DNA from: Candidatus Eiseniibacteriota bacterium
GTDB lineage: Bacteria > Eisenbacteria > RBG-16-71-46 > DASYSL01
Assembly (NCBI GenBank): GCA_050733935.1
Contig: JBOHUC010000098.1
Span: 11,033 to 75,032, forward strand
Length of the DNA stretch: 64,000 bases
Direction: 5' to 3'
The translations under genes were made by a program, and so were the position numbers. The notes below the pieces were generated by a model. That model saw only the letters and a list, made by a program, of their open reading frames with translations, ran no database searches and was not told the origin of the DNA. This document shows positions 45,107 to 55,309 of this stretch, in pieces (position 1 is the stretch's first letter; the number at the start of each line of letters is the position of its first letter).

Positions 45107-48100
45107 TTGCTGCGACGTTTCGTGCTTCTCCTGTTCGCGCTCGTCGTGCCGGCCGCAGTCGCAAGCGCCGTCACGCTCCCGCCTGATTTCTTGGTCGAGA
45201 ACGCCACGCCCGGCATCGGGTGGACGCTTCCGGTTGAAGTCGCATTCCTGCCCGACGGACGTTGGCTCGTGGCCGAGAAGCGCGGCCGCGTCTGGGTGGT
45301 GCGAAACGGCGTGCGTCACCCGGTTCCGATGTGGGAGGGGGAGAGCGAGGTCCTGAACCATCACGATCGCGGGCTCCTCGGGCTCGCCGTCGATCCCCAC
45401 TTCGACACGAACCGTTTCATCTACCTCCTCTACACGGTCGATCCCGACTCGAACGGCGACGACTCGTTCGGGCCCGCGTTCGGGCGCCTGACGCGCTACC
45501 AGGTGAGCGCGAGCGATTCGAACGTGGTCGACCCCGCAACGCGCACGGTTCTCCTCGGGCAAACGTGGGCCGAAGGTCCGCTCGCCGCCTCCCCCTCGCA
45601 CACGATCGGCTGTCTGCGCTTTGGTACCGACGGGTCGCTCCTCGTCGGCACGGGCGACGGCGCGAACTACTCCGATGCCCCCGACGACGGAGGCGACTAT
45701 CCGGACGCGTTCCTGCCGGGCCGCACCGATCCGGTCGAAGACATCGGCGGGCTTCGATCGCAGTACCTGGGGAGCCTGGCCGGGAAGATCCTCCGCATCG
45801 ATCCTGCGACCGGGCACGGTTACCCGAGCAATCCGTTCTTCGACGGCGATCCGATGTCGGTGCGGTCGCGCGTGTGGCTCTACGGCGTGCGCAATCCGTT
45901 CCGCTTCGCGGTGGAGCCCGGCTCGGGCAGCACGAATCCCGCCGACGGTGCTCCGGGGGTGATCCACTTAGGCGACGTCGGATGGGCGCTGTGGGAGGAG
46001 CTCGACATCGCGACCACCGGGGGGAAGAACTTCGGGTGGCCGTGCTATGAGGGTCCGATCCGGCAGAACAAGTACTGGGCGCCTCTCTCCACGCCGGCGC
46101 ACTGTCCGTGCGACTCGATCGCACTTTCGTTCCATGATCCGGCGGACACGACCCGTCCGGTGTCGACCTGGTACCACTACGAACCGGAGCCGGGGATTCC
46201 CGGCGGATTCGAGGGGCAGACCGCGCTCGGCGGGACGTTCTACACCGGACGCCGTTATCCGCCGCAGTACCGGAATCGCCTCTTCATGGGGGACTTCGGA
46301 TCGAGCTGGATCAAGGTGCTGGTCACCGATTCGCTCTATCGCCTGAACGCCGTTCTCCCGTTCGCCGATCAGGCGGACTTCCCGGTCGAGATCGCGGCCG
46401 AGCCGATCTCCGGCGACATCCTCTACATATCGATCAGCCACAACGAGATTCGCCGTATCCGCTACGTGGGGCCGGTGGACAACGTGTCGCCGGTCGCCGT
46501 CGCGGGCGGCGCGCCGTCGTTCGGAGGTGCTCCGGTCGCGGTCGAGTTCTCGAGCGCGGGGACGAGTGACGCGGAGAACGACAGCCTGAGCTTCGCGTGG
46601 CTGTTCGGGGACGGCGACGGATCGAGCGATCCCCATCCGACCCACGTCTACGAGTCGCCCGGCGTCTTTGCGGCCGTGCTCACGGTGACGGATGCGTTCG
46701 GCGGACTCGACCGCGACACGGTGATCGTGACCGTCGTCTCCGGGGAGGGTTTCCCGACGAAGGTCGTGCTCGACAGCTTCGATCGCGCGGACGAGCCGCT
46801 CGGACCGCCGTGGACGGACGACCTTACTGCGCTCGCGACTGTCGCAAACCGCCTTTCGGTCGGCGCCGCCTCGGGCGGAAACGCGAGTGCCCTCTGGGAC
46901 GACTCGATGTTCGGTCCCGTGCAGGAGGCGTTCGTCACCCTGCACGAGCTTCCCGGCGGAACGGGTGCGATCGAGCTCGTGCTGCAGGCGCAGGGAGTCG
47001 AGAGCGGTGACGGATACCTGGGCGTCCGCTACGAGCCGTCGAACGATGCGATCCAGATCCGAACGAGCGAACCGGGGTTCGACCCGGTCGTGCGCGCGAC
47101 GTTCGAGGCCGTGGGCCTGGTCGCAGGCGACCGGCTCGGTGCGCGCACCGGGACTGACGGCCTCGTGGGGGTCTACCGGAACGACGAGCTCCTTGGCGCT
47201 GCGTCCGTCGAGGGCTTCTGGCCGCACGCCGACGAACCGGGACGCATCGGACTCCGCTTCGAGAAAGCGACCGGAGCCGTGGTCGATGATTTCGGCGGAG
47301 GCGGCTCGCTCTTCGTTCCGAACACGCCGCCCGTGGCCGCGATTCTCACGCCGCCCGACAGCTCGTTCTTCGCGGAAGGGGACACCGTGCGCTTGATCGG
47401 CTCCGGTGTCGATGCGTTGACGTCTGCCGACAGCCTCGACTTCATCTGGGAAGTCGACACTCATCACAACGAGCACACGCATCCTTCGTCCTTCACGCTC
47501 GAAGGCGACAGTGCGTTCTTCCTCGGGGAGTCGCACGACGATGGGAGCGGCGTGTACCTCCACGTCCGGTTCATCGTGGCCGACTCGGCGGGACTCGCCG
47601 ACACGGCGTCGGTCGATCTCTTTCCGGAGGCGGACCTCCGGCCGACGATCGTCTCGGCCCTGCCGGAGTCGGTCGCGGCGGGGGACTCGCTGTTCGTCAC
47701 GCTCCGGCTTGCGAACGACGGCCGTATGCTCGCGCATCGCTCGCGCTGGCGGCTCGATCTCGGCGGCGTGCTGCTCGCCGAGGGCGACACGACCGTGAGC
47801 GGCGGGGACAGCGTCTCGATCGCGCTTGCGATCGGAAACCTGCCTGCGATCGCTCCCGGCGCGCGGGCCCTTCGACTGGTGGCCGATGCGCTCGGAGTCG
47901 TCGTCGAAACCGACGAGACCGACAACGAGAGCGCGCTCTTTCTCTATGTTCGGACGCCGCCGGATGCGGAGCCGCCGAATCTCACGCTCCTCTTCCCGAA
48001 CGGGGGCGAGGCGTGGCCGCTCGGAGCCGTGCACAGCGTCCTGTGGAGCGCCTCGGACAACACGGGGGTCACGGCCGTCACGGTCGAGCTCTCGCGCGAC

Positions 48101-49165
48101 GGGGGAAACACGTACGCGCTCCTCGACTCGGGCCTTGCTCATACCGGCGAGCTCGAGCTCGTCGTCACCGGCCCGGCCAGCGATTCGGTCCTCGTGCGCG
48201 TCACGGCGCGCGATGCCGCGGGCAACACGAGCATCGACGTGAGCGACGTGTACTTCGCGATCGTGGTCGACGAGAAGACCCCTGCGGTCTTTCTGCTCTC
48301 GCCGAACGGCGGTGAAGCGTGGCCCGTGGGATTCGCGCGGACGATTCGCTGGACCGCCGAGGACCACGTGGGCGTCACGGCGATCGATCTCTTCGTCTCC
48401 TATGACGACGGCGAGTCCTATGCCGAGATCGCCGAGGGGTTGCCCGATACGGGCGAGCACGATTGGGTCGTGGCCGGGCCGCTCACGGCCTCTGCCCGGA
48501 TCCAGATCATTGCCCGCGACGCAGTCGGGAATGCGGCGGCGGACGCGAGCGACGCGGCGTTCTCGCTCGTCGACGGAACCCCGCCTGCGTTCACGCTCGG
48601 GCCGACCGCCACGCCGAACGAGGCCGACGCGGCGATCGCGTGGCAAACCGATGAATTGGCCACGGGTTGCGTGCGCTGGGGACTCACCGGCTCGTTCGGC
48701 GACTCGACCGAGACGGCCTCCCCGAGCCTCGGCCAGGCCGTGAATCTGACCGGGCTCACCCCCGAAATGACGTATCATTATTGCGTCGTTGTCCGCGATA
48801 CGGCCGGCAACGTGGCCGTCGCCGCCCCGGACTCATTTACAACCCTCGCGAGCACCGTCGCCGCCGACCCGGCGCCGCATACGCTCGCGCTTTCGAACCC
48901 CTATCCGATCCCGGCCCATGGACACGTCTCGCTGGTTCTCGACCTCCCGCAGCGTTCGACCGTGGACTTCGCCGTCTACGACGTGCGGGGCCGTCGTGTC
49001 TGGTCGAGCGCGCGTTACTCCCGCGAGCCCGGGCGCTGGTTGCTGGAATGGCAGGGCCTCGACGACCGTGGCGCCCGCGTTCCGGCCGGTGTCTATCTCG
49101 CGTGCGTGACCGCAAACGGGCGGCTCTTGAGCCGGCGGATCACGCTCCTTTCCGGGGAGCGTTAG
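45107..49165 (+). CDS. Giant secreted protein: glucose/sorbosone-dehydrogenase-like beta-propeller, PKD domain, CARDB/FN3-like Ig repeats, and T9SS/FlgD-Ig C-terminal domain
   Basis: TTG start and signal peptide 'MLRRFVLLLFALVVPAAVASA'. GSDH-like 'AFLPDGRWLVAEKRGRVWVV...HHDRGLLGLAVDP'. PKD 'FGDGDGSSDPHPTHVYESPGVFAAVLTVTD'. C-terminal domain 'LSNPYPIPAHGHVSLVLDLP...FAVYDVRGRRVW...GVYLACVTANGRLLSRRITLL'. Confidence 0.8.
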   Translation: MLRRFVLLLFALVVPAAVASAVTLPPDFLVENATPGIGWTLPVEVAFLPDGRWLVAEKRGRVWVVRNGVRHPVPMWEGESEVLNHHDRGLLGLAVDPHFDTNRFIYLLYTVDPDSNGDDSFGPAFGRLTRYQVSASDSNVVDPATRTVLLGQTWAEGPLAASPSHTIGCLRFGTDGSLLVGTGDGANYSDAPDDGGDYPDAFLPGRTDPVEDIGGLRSQYLGSLAGKILRIDPATGHGYPSNPFFDGDPMSVRSRVWLYGVRNPFRFAVEPGSGSTNPADGAPGVIHLGDVGWALWEELDIATTGGKNFGWPCYEGPIRQNKYWAPLSTPAHCPCDSIALSFHDPADTTRPVSTWYHYEPEPGIPGGFEGQTALGGTFYTGRRYPPQYRNRLFMGDFGSSWIKVLVTDSLYRLNAVLPFADQADFPVEIAAEPISGDILYISISHNEIRRIRYVGPVDNVSPVAVAGGAPSFGGAPVAVEFSSAGTSDAENDSLSFAWLFGDGDGSSDPHPTHVYESPGVFAAVLTVTDAFGGLDRDTVIVTVVSGEGFPTKVVLDSFDRADEPLGPPWTDDLTALATVANRLSVGAASGGNASALWDDSMFGPVQEAFVTLHELPGGTGAIELVLQAQGVESGDGYLGVRYEPSNDAIQIRTSEPGFDPVVRATFEAVGLVAGDRLGARTGTDGLVGVYRNDELLGAASVEGFWPHADEPGRIGLRFEKATGAVVDDFGGGGSLFVPNTPPVAAILTPPDSSFFAEGDTVRLIGSGVDALTSADSLDFIWEVDTHHNEHTHPSSFTLEGDSAFFLGESHDDGSGVYLHVRFIVADSAGLADTASVDLFPEADLRPTIVSALPESVAAGDSLFVTLRLANDGRMLAHRSRWRLDLGGVLLAEGDTTVSGGDSVSIALAIGNLPAIAPGARALRLVADALGVVVETDETDNESALFLYVRTPPDAEPPNLTLLFPNGGEAWPLGAVHSVLWSASDNTGVTAVTVELSRDGGNTYALLDSGLAHTGELELVVTGPASDSVLVRVTARDAAGNTSIDVSDVYFAIVVDEKTPAVFLLSPNGGEAWPVGFARTIRWTAEDHVGVTAIDLFVSYDDGESYAEIAEGLPDTGEHDWVVAGPLTASARIQIIARDAVGNAAADASDAAFSLVDGTPPAFTLGPTATPNEADAAIAWQTDELATGCVRWGLTGSFGDSTETASPSLGQAVNLTGLTPEMTYHYCVVVRDTAGNVAVAAPDSFTTLASTVAADPAPHTLALSNPYPIPAHGHVSLVLDLPQRSTVDFAVYDVRGRRVWSSARYSREPGRWLLEWQGLDDRGARVPAGVYLACVTANGRLLSRRITLLSGER

Positions 49166-52100
49166 GGCTCGTTATCGCGCTGACCGCCCTACCCGTTCTC
49201 CTCCTCACGCGCGACAGCACCGGGCAGAGCTTCCCGCCGAACTTCACGCACGAGAACGCGACGCCGGGCCTCACCTGGGTCCTTCCGACGACGCTCGACT
49301 TCCTGCCCGATGGCCGCTGGCTCGTGGCCGAGAAGCGCGGACGCGTGTGGGTCGTGAAGAACGGCGTGAAGCACCCGACTCCGTTCTGGGACGGTGCCTT
49401 CGAAGTGCTCGATCAGCACGACCGCGGGCTCCTCGGACTCGCCGTCGATCCGAACTTCGCGACCAACCGCTACGTGTACTTCCTCTACACAGTGGACCCG
49501 GACTCGAATCAGATCGACGACTCGGCGCCGGGATTCGGCCGTCTGACGCGCTATCAGATGAGCGCGACGGACTCGAACGCGGTCGATCCCGCGTCGCGTA
49601 CGGTCCTGATGGGGGCGACGTGGCGGGAGGGCCCGGTGTCCGCGTCCGAGTCCCACACGGTCGGAAGCGTGCACTTCGGCGCCGACGGCTCGCTCCTCGT
49701 GAGCTGCGGGGACGGCGCGAACTTCGGCTTCACGCCCGACATCGGCGGCGAGCACCCGTTCGCGTTCCTGCCCGGGCGTGCGGACTCCTCGGAGGACATC
49801 GGCGCGCTGCGATCGCAGTACCTGGGAAGCCTGTGCGGGAAGATCCTCCGCATCGATCCCATGACCGGTCACGGTTATCCCACGAATCCATTCTGGGACG
49901 GGAACCCGATGTCCGTGCGCTCCCGCGTCTGGCAGTACGGCTTGCGCAATCCGTTCCGCTTCACGGTCGAGCCGGGCACCGGCAACAGCGATCCTGCGTT
50001 CGGAGATCCGGGGATCCTCCACATCGGAGACGTCGGCTGGCGCCAGTGGGAGGAGCTCGACATCGCCGCCGAAGGCGGAAAGAACTTCGGCTGGCCGTGT
50101 CGCGAGGGTCCGCGGCGGCTCGACGAGTACTGGCCGCCGAATCCGCAGCCCTCGCACTGCGGGTGCGATTCGCTCGGGCTCACGTACCACAATCTGGCGG
50201 ACACGACCGGGCCGGTGTCGACGTGGCACCACGATTTCCAGAGCTTGAGCATCCCCACCGGGATCACGGGAATCACCGCCGTGGGCGGGACGTTCTACAA
50301 GGGGCGTCGTTATCCGGCGCAGTACCGCGACCGGCTCTTCATGGCCGACTACGGGTACAACTGGATCAAGGTGCTCGAGACGGATTCGCTGCATCATCTG
50401 ACCGGAGTGCTGCCGTTCATGTCGGGGATCGACGGGCCCGTCGACATCGTCCGCGAGCCGGGAAGCGCGGGCGATCTCCTCTACGTGGCCATCGTCGACA
50501 GCGAGATCCGCCGCATTCGATACACGGGCCCGGTCGACAACCTTCCGCCGAATGTGTTCGCGAGCGTGAATCCAACGTTCGGAGTCTCGCCGCTCACGGT
50601 CAACTTCTCGTCGGCGGGCACGAACGATCCCGAGGGGGACAGCCTGAGCTACGTGTGGCTGTTCGGGGACGGGGAGGGCTCGACGGAACCGAATCCCGTG
50701 CACGTCTACCAGAATCCCGGGCTCTACCTCGCGCTGGTCACCGTGACCGATACGTTCGGGGGTCTCAACCGGGCCGTGGTCTTCGTTCCGGTCTCGAATC
50801 CGGCCCCCTTCCCTTCGACGGGGATCCTCGACGCGTTCAACCGTCCGGACCAATCGCTCGGGCCTCCGTGGACGGACGATCTCGCGGCTCTTCGGGTCGC
50901 GGGCAACCGGCTCACCGTGACTTCGGGAGGCGGTGGCGGAGGCGGCAACGCGAGCGCTCTGTGGGACGCGACGATCTTCGCGTCCCGGCAGGAGGTGTTC
51001 ACGAGGCTCGTGACGCTGCCGCCCGCCCCCGGAAAGTTCGAGCTCATGGTCCAGGGTCTGGGAAGCGAGAGCGCGGACGGGTACGTCGGCGTGCGCTACG
51101 ACGTCGGACCGCAGAAGCTCGAGATTCGAACGATCGCGCCCTCGGGAACGGTGACCGTGCACCGCGTGTTCGCGCCAATCGTGTTCGCTCCCGGAGACCG
51201 GATCGGTGTTCGCACCTCCGGGGACGGCATCGTGGCCGTCTACCGGAACGCCGAGCTCGTCGCGGCCACGACGCTCATCGACTGGCCGTACTCGCAGCTC
51301 ACCGGGCGGATCGGCGTGCGCTTCGAGAACGCCTCCGGAGCCGTGCTCGATGACTTCGGGGGTGGGTCCGTGCCGCTCGTTCCGAACTTTCCTCCCTCCG
51401 CGACGATTCTCGCTCCGCCCGACAGCTCGTTTTTCGTCGCGGCGGACACGGTCCACCTTTCGGGAACGGGCACGGATCCGAACACGCCGTCCGACAGTCT
51501 TTCGTACCTGTGGGAGGCGGATCTCCACCACAACGTGCACGTCCATCCCAACGTGTTCCACCTCACCGGGAGAGACACCTCCTTCGTGGGCGAGAACCAC
51601 GACGACGGAACGGGCGTCTACCTGCACGTGCGCTTCATCGTGTCCGATCCGGCCGGGCTCGCCGACACCACCGCGATCGACCTGTTCCCGGAGGCGGATC
51701 TCAAGCCTTCGATTGCGATCGTCGTCCCCGAGACGCTCCACGTCGGGGATCCGCTCGGGGCCGTGTTCCGCATTGCGAACCCGGGGCGGATGCTCGCGCG
51801 GCGCTCCCACTGGCGGCTTACGTTCGGGGACTCGCTGCTCGCCGAGGGAGACGTCATCGTGCCGCCGCGGGATTCCGTGTCGTTCTTCCGCGGGTTCCCG
51901 TCGACGCCCTTGATCGCACCCGGCCCGCGTGAGCTGCGGCTGGTCGTGGATGCGAACGGCGAGGTCGTCGAGACCGACGAGACCAACAACCACGCCGTCG
52001 ATTCGCTCTTCGTCCGTCCGGTCCTCGATCCCGTGCCGCCCATCGTGGTCCTCCTCGCGCCGGGAGGGGGCGACGGGTGGCCGATCGGCTCCATGCAGTC

Positions 52101-52953
52101 CGTGCGCTGGAGCGCCACGGACAACATCGGAGTCACTGCGATCGCGATCGAGCTCTCCCGCGACGCGGGTGCGTCGTTCGCCGTCCTCGATTCGGGGCTC
52201 GCGCACTCGGGTCATCACGAGTTCCTCGTCGAGGGTCCTCCGTGTGACTCGGCGGTCGTTCGAATCACGGCCCGCGACGCGCAGGGGAACCTCGCGTCCG
52301 ACACGAGCGACGGGATGTTCCAGATCATGTTCGACGAGAAGTCGCCGTCGGTCTTTCTGGTCACGCCGAACGGGGGCGAGGCGTGGCACAAGGGAAGCGT
52401 GCACCCGCTCCAGTGGATTGCGCAGGACAACGTGGGCGTGACTCGCGTCGATCTTGCGGTGAGCTACGACAACGGAGGCTCGTTCGTGCCGATCGCGACC
52501 GGCCTCCCGAACACCGGTGCGTACGGCTGGTACGTGGAGGGCGCGCTCACGAGCCTCGCGCGCATTCAGGTGGTCACATACGACGCCGTCGGCAACGCCG
52601 CCGCCGATCAGAGTGACGGGCCGTTCACGATTCTCGAAGGCATCGTAGGAACGGAGCCCGTCCCGTTCGTGCCGACGGTGCTCGCGCTCTCGAATCCGTA
52701 CCCGAGTCCTTCGCGGGGGCGCGTGTCGCTCGTGCTCGATCTTCCCGCCCCCGCGAACGTGAGCCTCGACGTGTACGACCTGCGTGGCCGCCGCGTGTGG
52801 TCGGGACCGTCGGGGATGCGGGAGGCGGGCCGGTGGACGCTCGACTGGCCCGGTCGCACCGAGGCGGGCGCACGCATGGCTCCGGGCGTCTATCTTGCGC
52901 TCGTGACCGCAGATGGCCGGGCGATGAGCCGCCGGATCGTAGTCCTCGACTGA
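49048..52953 (+). CDS. Tandem paralog of the preceding giant secreted GSDH-PKD-T9SS-CTD protein
   Basis: Same domain order, with roughly 60-70% identity by eye. The start is uncertain: ATG at 49048 overlaps the previous gene by 118 nt, with GTG at 49102 as an alternative. Signal-like 'LGLVIALTALPVLLLT'. Confidence 0.75.
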   Translation: MAGPRRPWRPRSGRCLSRVRDRKRAALEPADHAPFRGALGLVIALTALPVLLLTRDSTGQSFPPNFTHENATPGLTWVLPTTLDFLPDGRWLVAEKRGRVWVVKNGVKHPTPFWDGAFEVLDQHDRGLLGLAVDPNFATNRYVYFLYTVDPDSNQIDDSAPGFGRLTRYQMSATDSNAVDPASRTVLMGATWREGPVSASESHTVGSVHFGADGSLLVSCGDGANFGFTPDIGGEHPFAFLPGRADSSEDIGALRSQYLGSLCGKILRIDPMTGHGYPTNPFWDGNPMSVRSRVWQYGLRNPFRFTVEPGTGNSDPAFGDPGILHIGDVGWRQWEELDIAAEGGKNFGWPCREGPRRLDEYWPPNPQPSHCGCDSLGLTYHNLADTTGPVSTWHHDFQSLSIPTGITGITAVGGTFYKGRRYPAQYRDRLFMADYGYNWIKVLETDSLHHLTGVLPFMSGIDGPVDIVREPGSAGDLLYVAIVDSEIRRIRYTGPVDNLPPNVFASVNPTFGVSPLTVNFSSAGTNDPEGDSLSYVWLFGDGEGSTEPNPVHVYQNPGLYLALVTVTDTFGGLNRAVVFVPVSNPAPFPSTGILDAFNRPDQSLGPPWTDDLAALRVAGNRLTVTSGGGGGGGNASALWDATIFASRQEVFTRLVTLPPAPGKFELMVQGLGSESADGYVGVRYDVGPQKLEIRTIAPSGTVTVHRVFAPIVFAPGDRIGVRTSGDGIVAVYRNAELVAATTLIDWPYSQLTGRIGVRFENASGAVLDDFGGGSVPLVPNFPPSATILAPPDSSFFVAADTVHLSGTGTDPNTPSDSLSYLWEADLHHNVHVHPNVFHLTGRDTSFVGENHDDGTGVYLHVRFIVSDPAGLADTTAIDLFPEADLKPSIAIVVPETLHVGDPLGAVFRIANPGRMLARRSHWRLTFGDSLLAEGDVIVPPRDSVSFFRGFPSTPLIAPGPRELRLVVDANGEVVETDETNNHAVDSLFVRPVLDPVPPIVVLLAPGGGDGWPIGSMQSVRWSATDNIGVTAIAIELSRDAGASFAVLDSGLAHSGHHEFLVEGPPCDSAVVRITARDAQGNLASDTSDGMFQIMFDEKSPSVFLVTPNGGEAWHKGSVHPLQWIAQDNVGVTRVDLAVSYDNGGSFVPIATGLPNTGAYGWYVEGALTSLARIQVVTYDAVGNAAADQSDGPFTILEGIVGTEPVPFVPTVLALSNPYPSPSRGRVSLVLDLPAPANVSLDVYDLRGRRVWSGPSGMREAGRWTLDWPGRTEAGARMAPGVYLALVTADGRAMSRRIVVLD

Positions 52954-53048
52954 TCCGGACGGAGCCCGGTGGTATAGTCCGGATTGCTCCGCAAAGACCC
53001 CCCGCGCGGACCCCACCCGAGCGAACCCAATCCCTGGGAGGCTTTTCC

Positions 53049-53729
53049 ATGAACGGAAGCTCGAAGTCGTTCGTGCGCGTTTTCGTGTTCGGCGTGCTCT
53101 GTCTGGCCCTGACGGCCGGCGGCGCGCTCGCGGATACGCAATCGGACAAGGACAAAGCGGCGGCGGCCGCCAAGCAGACCGCGCAGACCCCGCCCGCGAT
53201 GGACGCCGCCATGCAGGCCCAGATGGCGGAGATGGTGAAGCTCGGGACACCGGGCAAGCCCCACGAGCAGCTCAAGGCGATGGAAGGCACGTGGAACGCG
53301 GACGTGAAGTCGTGGATGGGTCCGGGCGAGCCCACGGTGTCCAAGGGAACGATGGTCAACAAGATGATCCTGGGAGGCCGGTTTCTCGAGTCCCGGTATT
53401 CCGGGAAGTTCCTCGACCAGACGTTCGACGGCGTCGGCCTGACGGGCTACGACAACAAGAAGAACGAGATCATCACGCTGTGGCTCGACAGCATGGGCAC
53501 GTCGTGGATGATGCAGAACGGCAAGTGGTCGGCCGACGGCAAGGAGATTCAGGTCAGCGGCACGGCCGATGGGTTCGACGGCAAGCCCACGACGTTCACA
53601 TCGACGACCAAGGTCGTGGACAACAACAAGCACGTGTACACGATGAGCACCATGATGGGCGGCAAGGACACGCCGGTCATGGAGATCACGTACACGCGGG
53701 CGTCGGGAACCACCGCCGCCGGTCAGTAG
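53049..53729 (+). CDS. Secreted DUF1579 family protein; intact paralog of the amber-interrupted gene at 3198..3647
   Basis: Signal peptide 'FVRVFVFGVLCLALTAGGALA'. 'LKAMEGTWNADVKSW...' matches the DUF1579 pattern. Confidence 0.7.
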   Translation: MNGSSKSFVRVFVFGVLCLALTAGGALADTQSDKDKAAAAAKQTAQTPPAMDAAMQAQMAEMVKLGTPGKPHEQLKAMEGTWNADVKSWMGPGEPTVSKGTMVNKMILGGRFLESRYSGKFLDQTFDGVGLTGYDNKKNEIITLWLDSMGTSWMMQNGKWSADGKEIQVSGTADGFDGKPTTFTSTTKVVDNNKHVYTMSTMMGGKDTPVMEITYTRASGTTAAGQ

Positions 53730-53819
53730 TCGGGCAGTCGTGCGCAATCTTGCGATGGGGGTGGGCGCGGACTATTCTCACGCAGTCCGTTCCACCCCAA
53801 CGCAGGAGCGCGCAATTCC

Positions 53820-54581
53820 ATGAGCCACGCGACACAGCCTTCGTCCCATCCGTCCGCCAAGCCTTCCGCACAGCCTTCCACGCCTAAATCGGCCGATCTC
53901 CGGCGCCAGTTCGTCTCGTTCTACGGGCTCAAGCTCTCGCCCGCCTGGCGGGGGCTCTCCGCCGAGGCGAAAGCGCAGGCCAAGCGCGAGTTCGTGGCGG
54001 CCTGCGAGAGCTTCAAGGCCGAGGGCGGGATCCTCGTTCCGTACTCGTGTGTGGGCATCCGCGGGGACGTGGACGTCATGCTGTGGCGCATCCATCACGA
54101 GCTCGAGCCGCTCCAAAGGCACGGCGCGGCCCTCATGCGCACGTCGCTTGGGCCCTATCTGGCCACGCCGTACGCGCTCCTCGGGATGACCAAGCGCTCG
54201 ACCTACGTGGATCACATTCATCCCGACCACGAGGACGACCGGCTCAAGATCGTGCCCGGGCTCCTCAAGTACATCTTCATCTACCCGTTCGTGAAGACCC
54301 GGGAGTGGTACGGGCTCGACGCGGAAACGCGCCAGAAGATGATGCGCGAGCACATCCACATTGGAACGACCTACCCGTCGGTCAAGCTGAACACGACCTA
54401 TTCGTTCGGTCTCGACGACCAGGAGTTCGTGGTCGCGTTCGAGAGCGACCGGCCCGACGACTTCCTCGATCTCGTCCAGGACCTGCGCGAAACCGCCGCG
54501 AGCCGGTACACGTTGCGCGACACTCCGACATTCACGTGCGTGCGGCACGAGCTCGCGACCGTGCTCGATACTGTCGGCTGA
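53820..54581 (+). CDS. Chlorite dismutase family protein (HemQ/coproheme decarboxylase-like)
   Basis: 'FVSFYGLKLSPAWRGLSAEAKAQAKREF...', 'HIHIGTTYPSVKLNTTYSFGLDDQEFVVAFESDRPDDFLDLVQDLR'. Confidence 0.75.
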   Translation: MSHATQPSSHPSAKPSAQPSTPKSADLRRQFVSFYGLKLSPAWRGLSAEAKAQAKREFVAACESFKAEGGILVPYSCVGIRGDVDVMLWRIHHELEPLQRHGAALMRTSLGPYLATPYALLGMTKRSTYVDHIHPDHEDDRLKIVPGLLKYIFIYPFVKTREWYGLDAETRQKMMREHIHIGTTYPSVKLNTTYSFGLDDQEFVVAFESDRPDDFLDLVQDLRETAASRYTLRDTPTFTCVRHELATVLDTVG

Positions 54582-54594
54582 TCGCCCGGCGGGG

Positions 54595-55272
54595 TTGCAT
54601 GCCATGAGTGGTGTTCAGGATCGACTGCTGAACTTTCTGCTTGGTTGGGCCCTCCTGACGGCAGCCCTGCCGACCCTGATTGTCTATCGCGCAGCCATGC
54701 AACCGCGATACCAGTGGGGTCTGTTCGGTATCGTCGGAGAAGGAGTGACGCCTGGCCTCCTGGTCATCGCCGCTGCGGCCATTCTGGCGTGGTCCGCGGT
54801 CGTGCTCGGTAGCGTGAGAACCCACGCAGGCGGACTTCTTCTGATCGGGCTCAACGCGCTGTGGTTTACTTCTATCCTGGTTGCGGCGCTTCGATTGGGA
54901 TCGCAGATGACGTTGCGTGGCGATGCCTACGGCATACGAATCAATTTGGCGATTCTGGGGCCTCTCGTATTCGGGGCGCTGCTGCTCTTGAGCATTCGCT
55001 GGTGGTGGACACGACGACAAAACCTGGTCGGCTTCGAGGCCTTGTCCACATTGAAGGTGACCCTGACGTCAGGAGCGCGTCGCGTCCTCTGCGTGGCAGC
55101 GGTCGCCCTGTTGCCTGTCATCCTTGTTCTCTTCGCGATCGGCGATGGTGCTCGTCACACCTGGGCTGACCGAGTGGCAGTCGGTTGTGTCATTGTGCAG
55201 TGTCTGTGTGTCCTTGCTGCGTTGCGTGACGCCACGGTGGACACGGTCCGCTCGCCTGTGGTGGCGGCCTAA
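54595..55272 (+). CDS. Hypothetical integral membrane protein (6 TM)
   Basis: Hydrophobic helices with diverse composition. Confidence 0.5.
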   Translation: MHAMSGVQDRLLNFLLGWALLTAALPTLIVYRAAMQPRYQWGLFGIVGEGVTPGLLVIAAAAILAWSAVVLGSVRTHAGGLLLIGLNALWFTSILVAALRLGSQMTLRGDAYGIRINLAILGPLVFGALLLLSIRWWWTRRQNLVGFEALSTLKVTLTSGARRVLCVAAVALLPVILVLFAIGDGARHTWADRVAVGCVIVQCLCVLAALRDATVDTVRSPVVAA

Positions 55273-55309
55273 CAACTCGGCCGCTCGCACCTGAGCAGGA
55301 GACGTTAAG

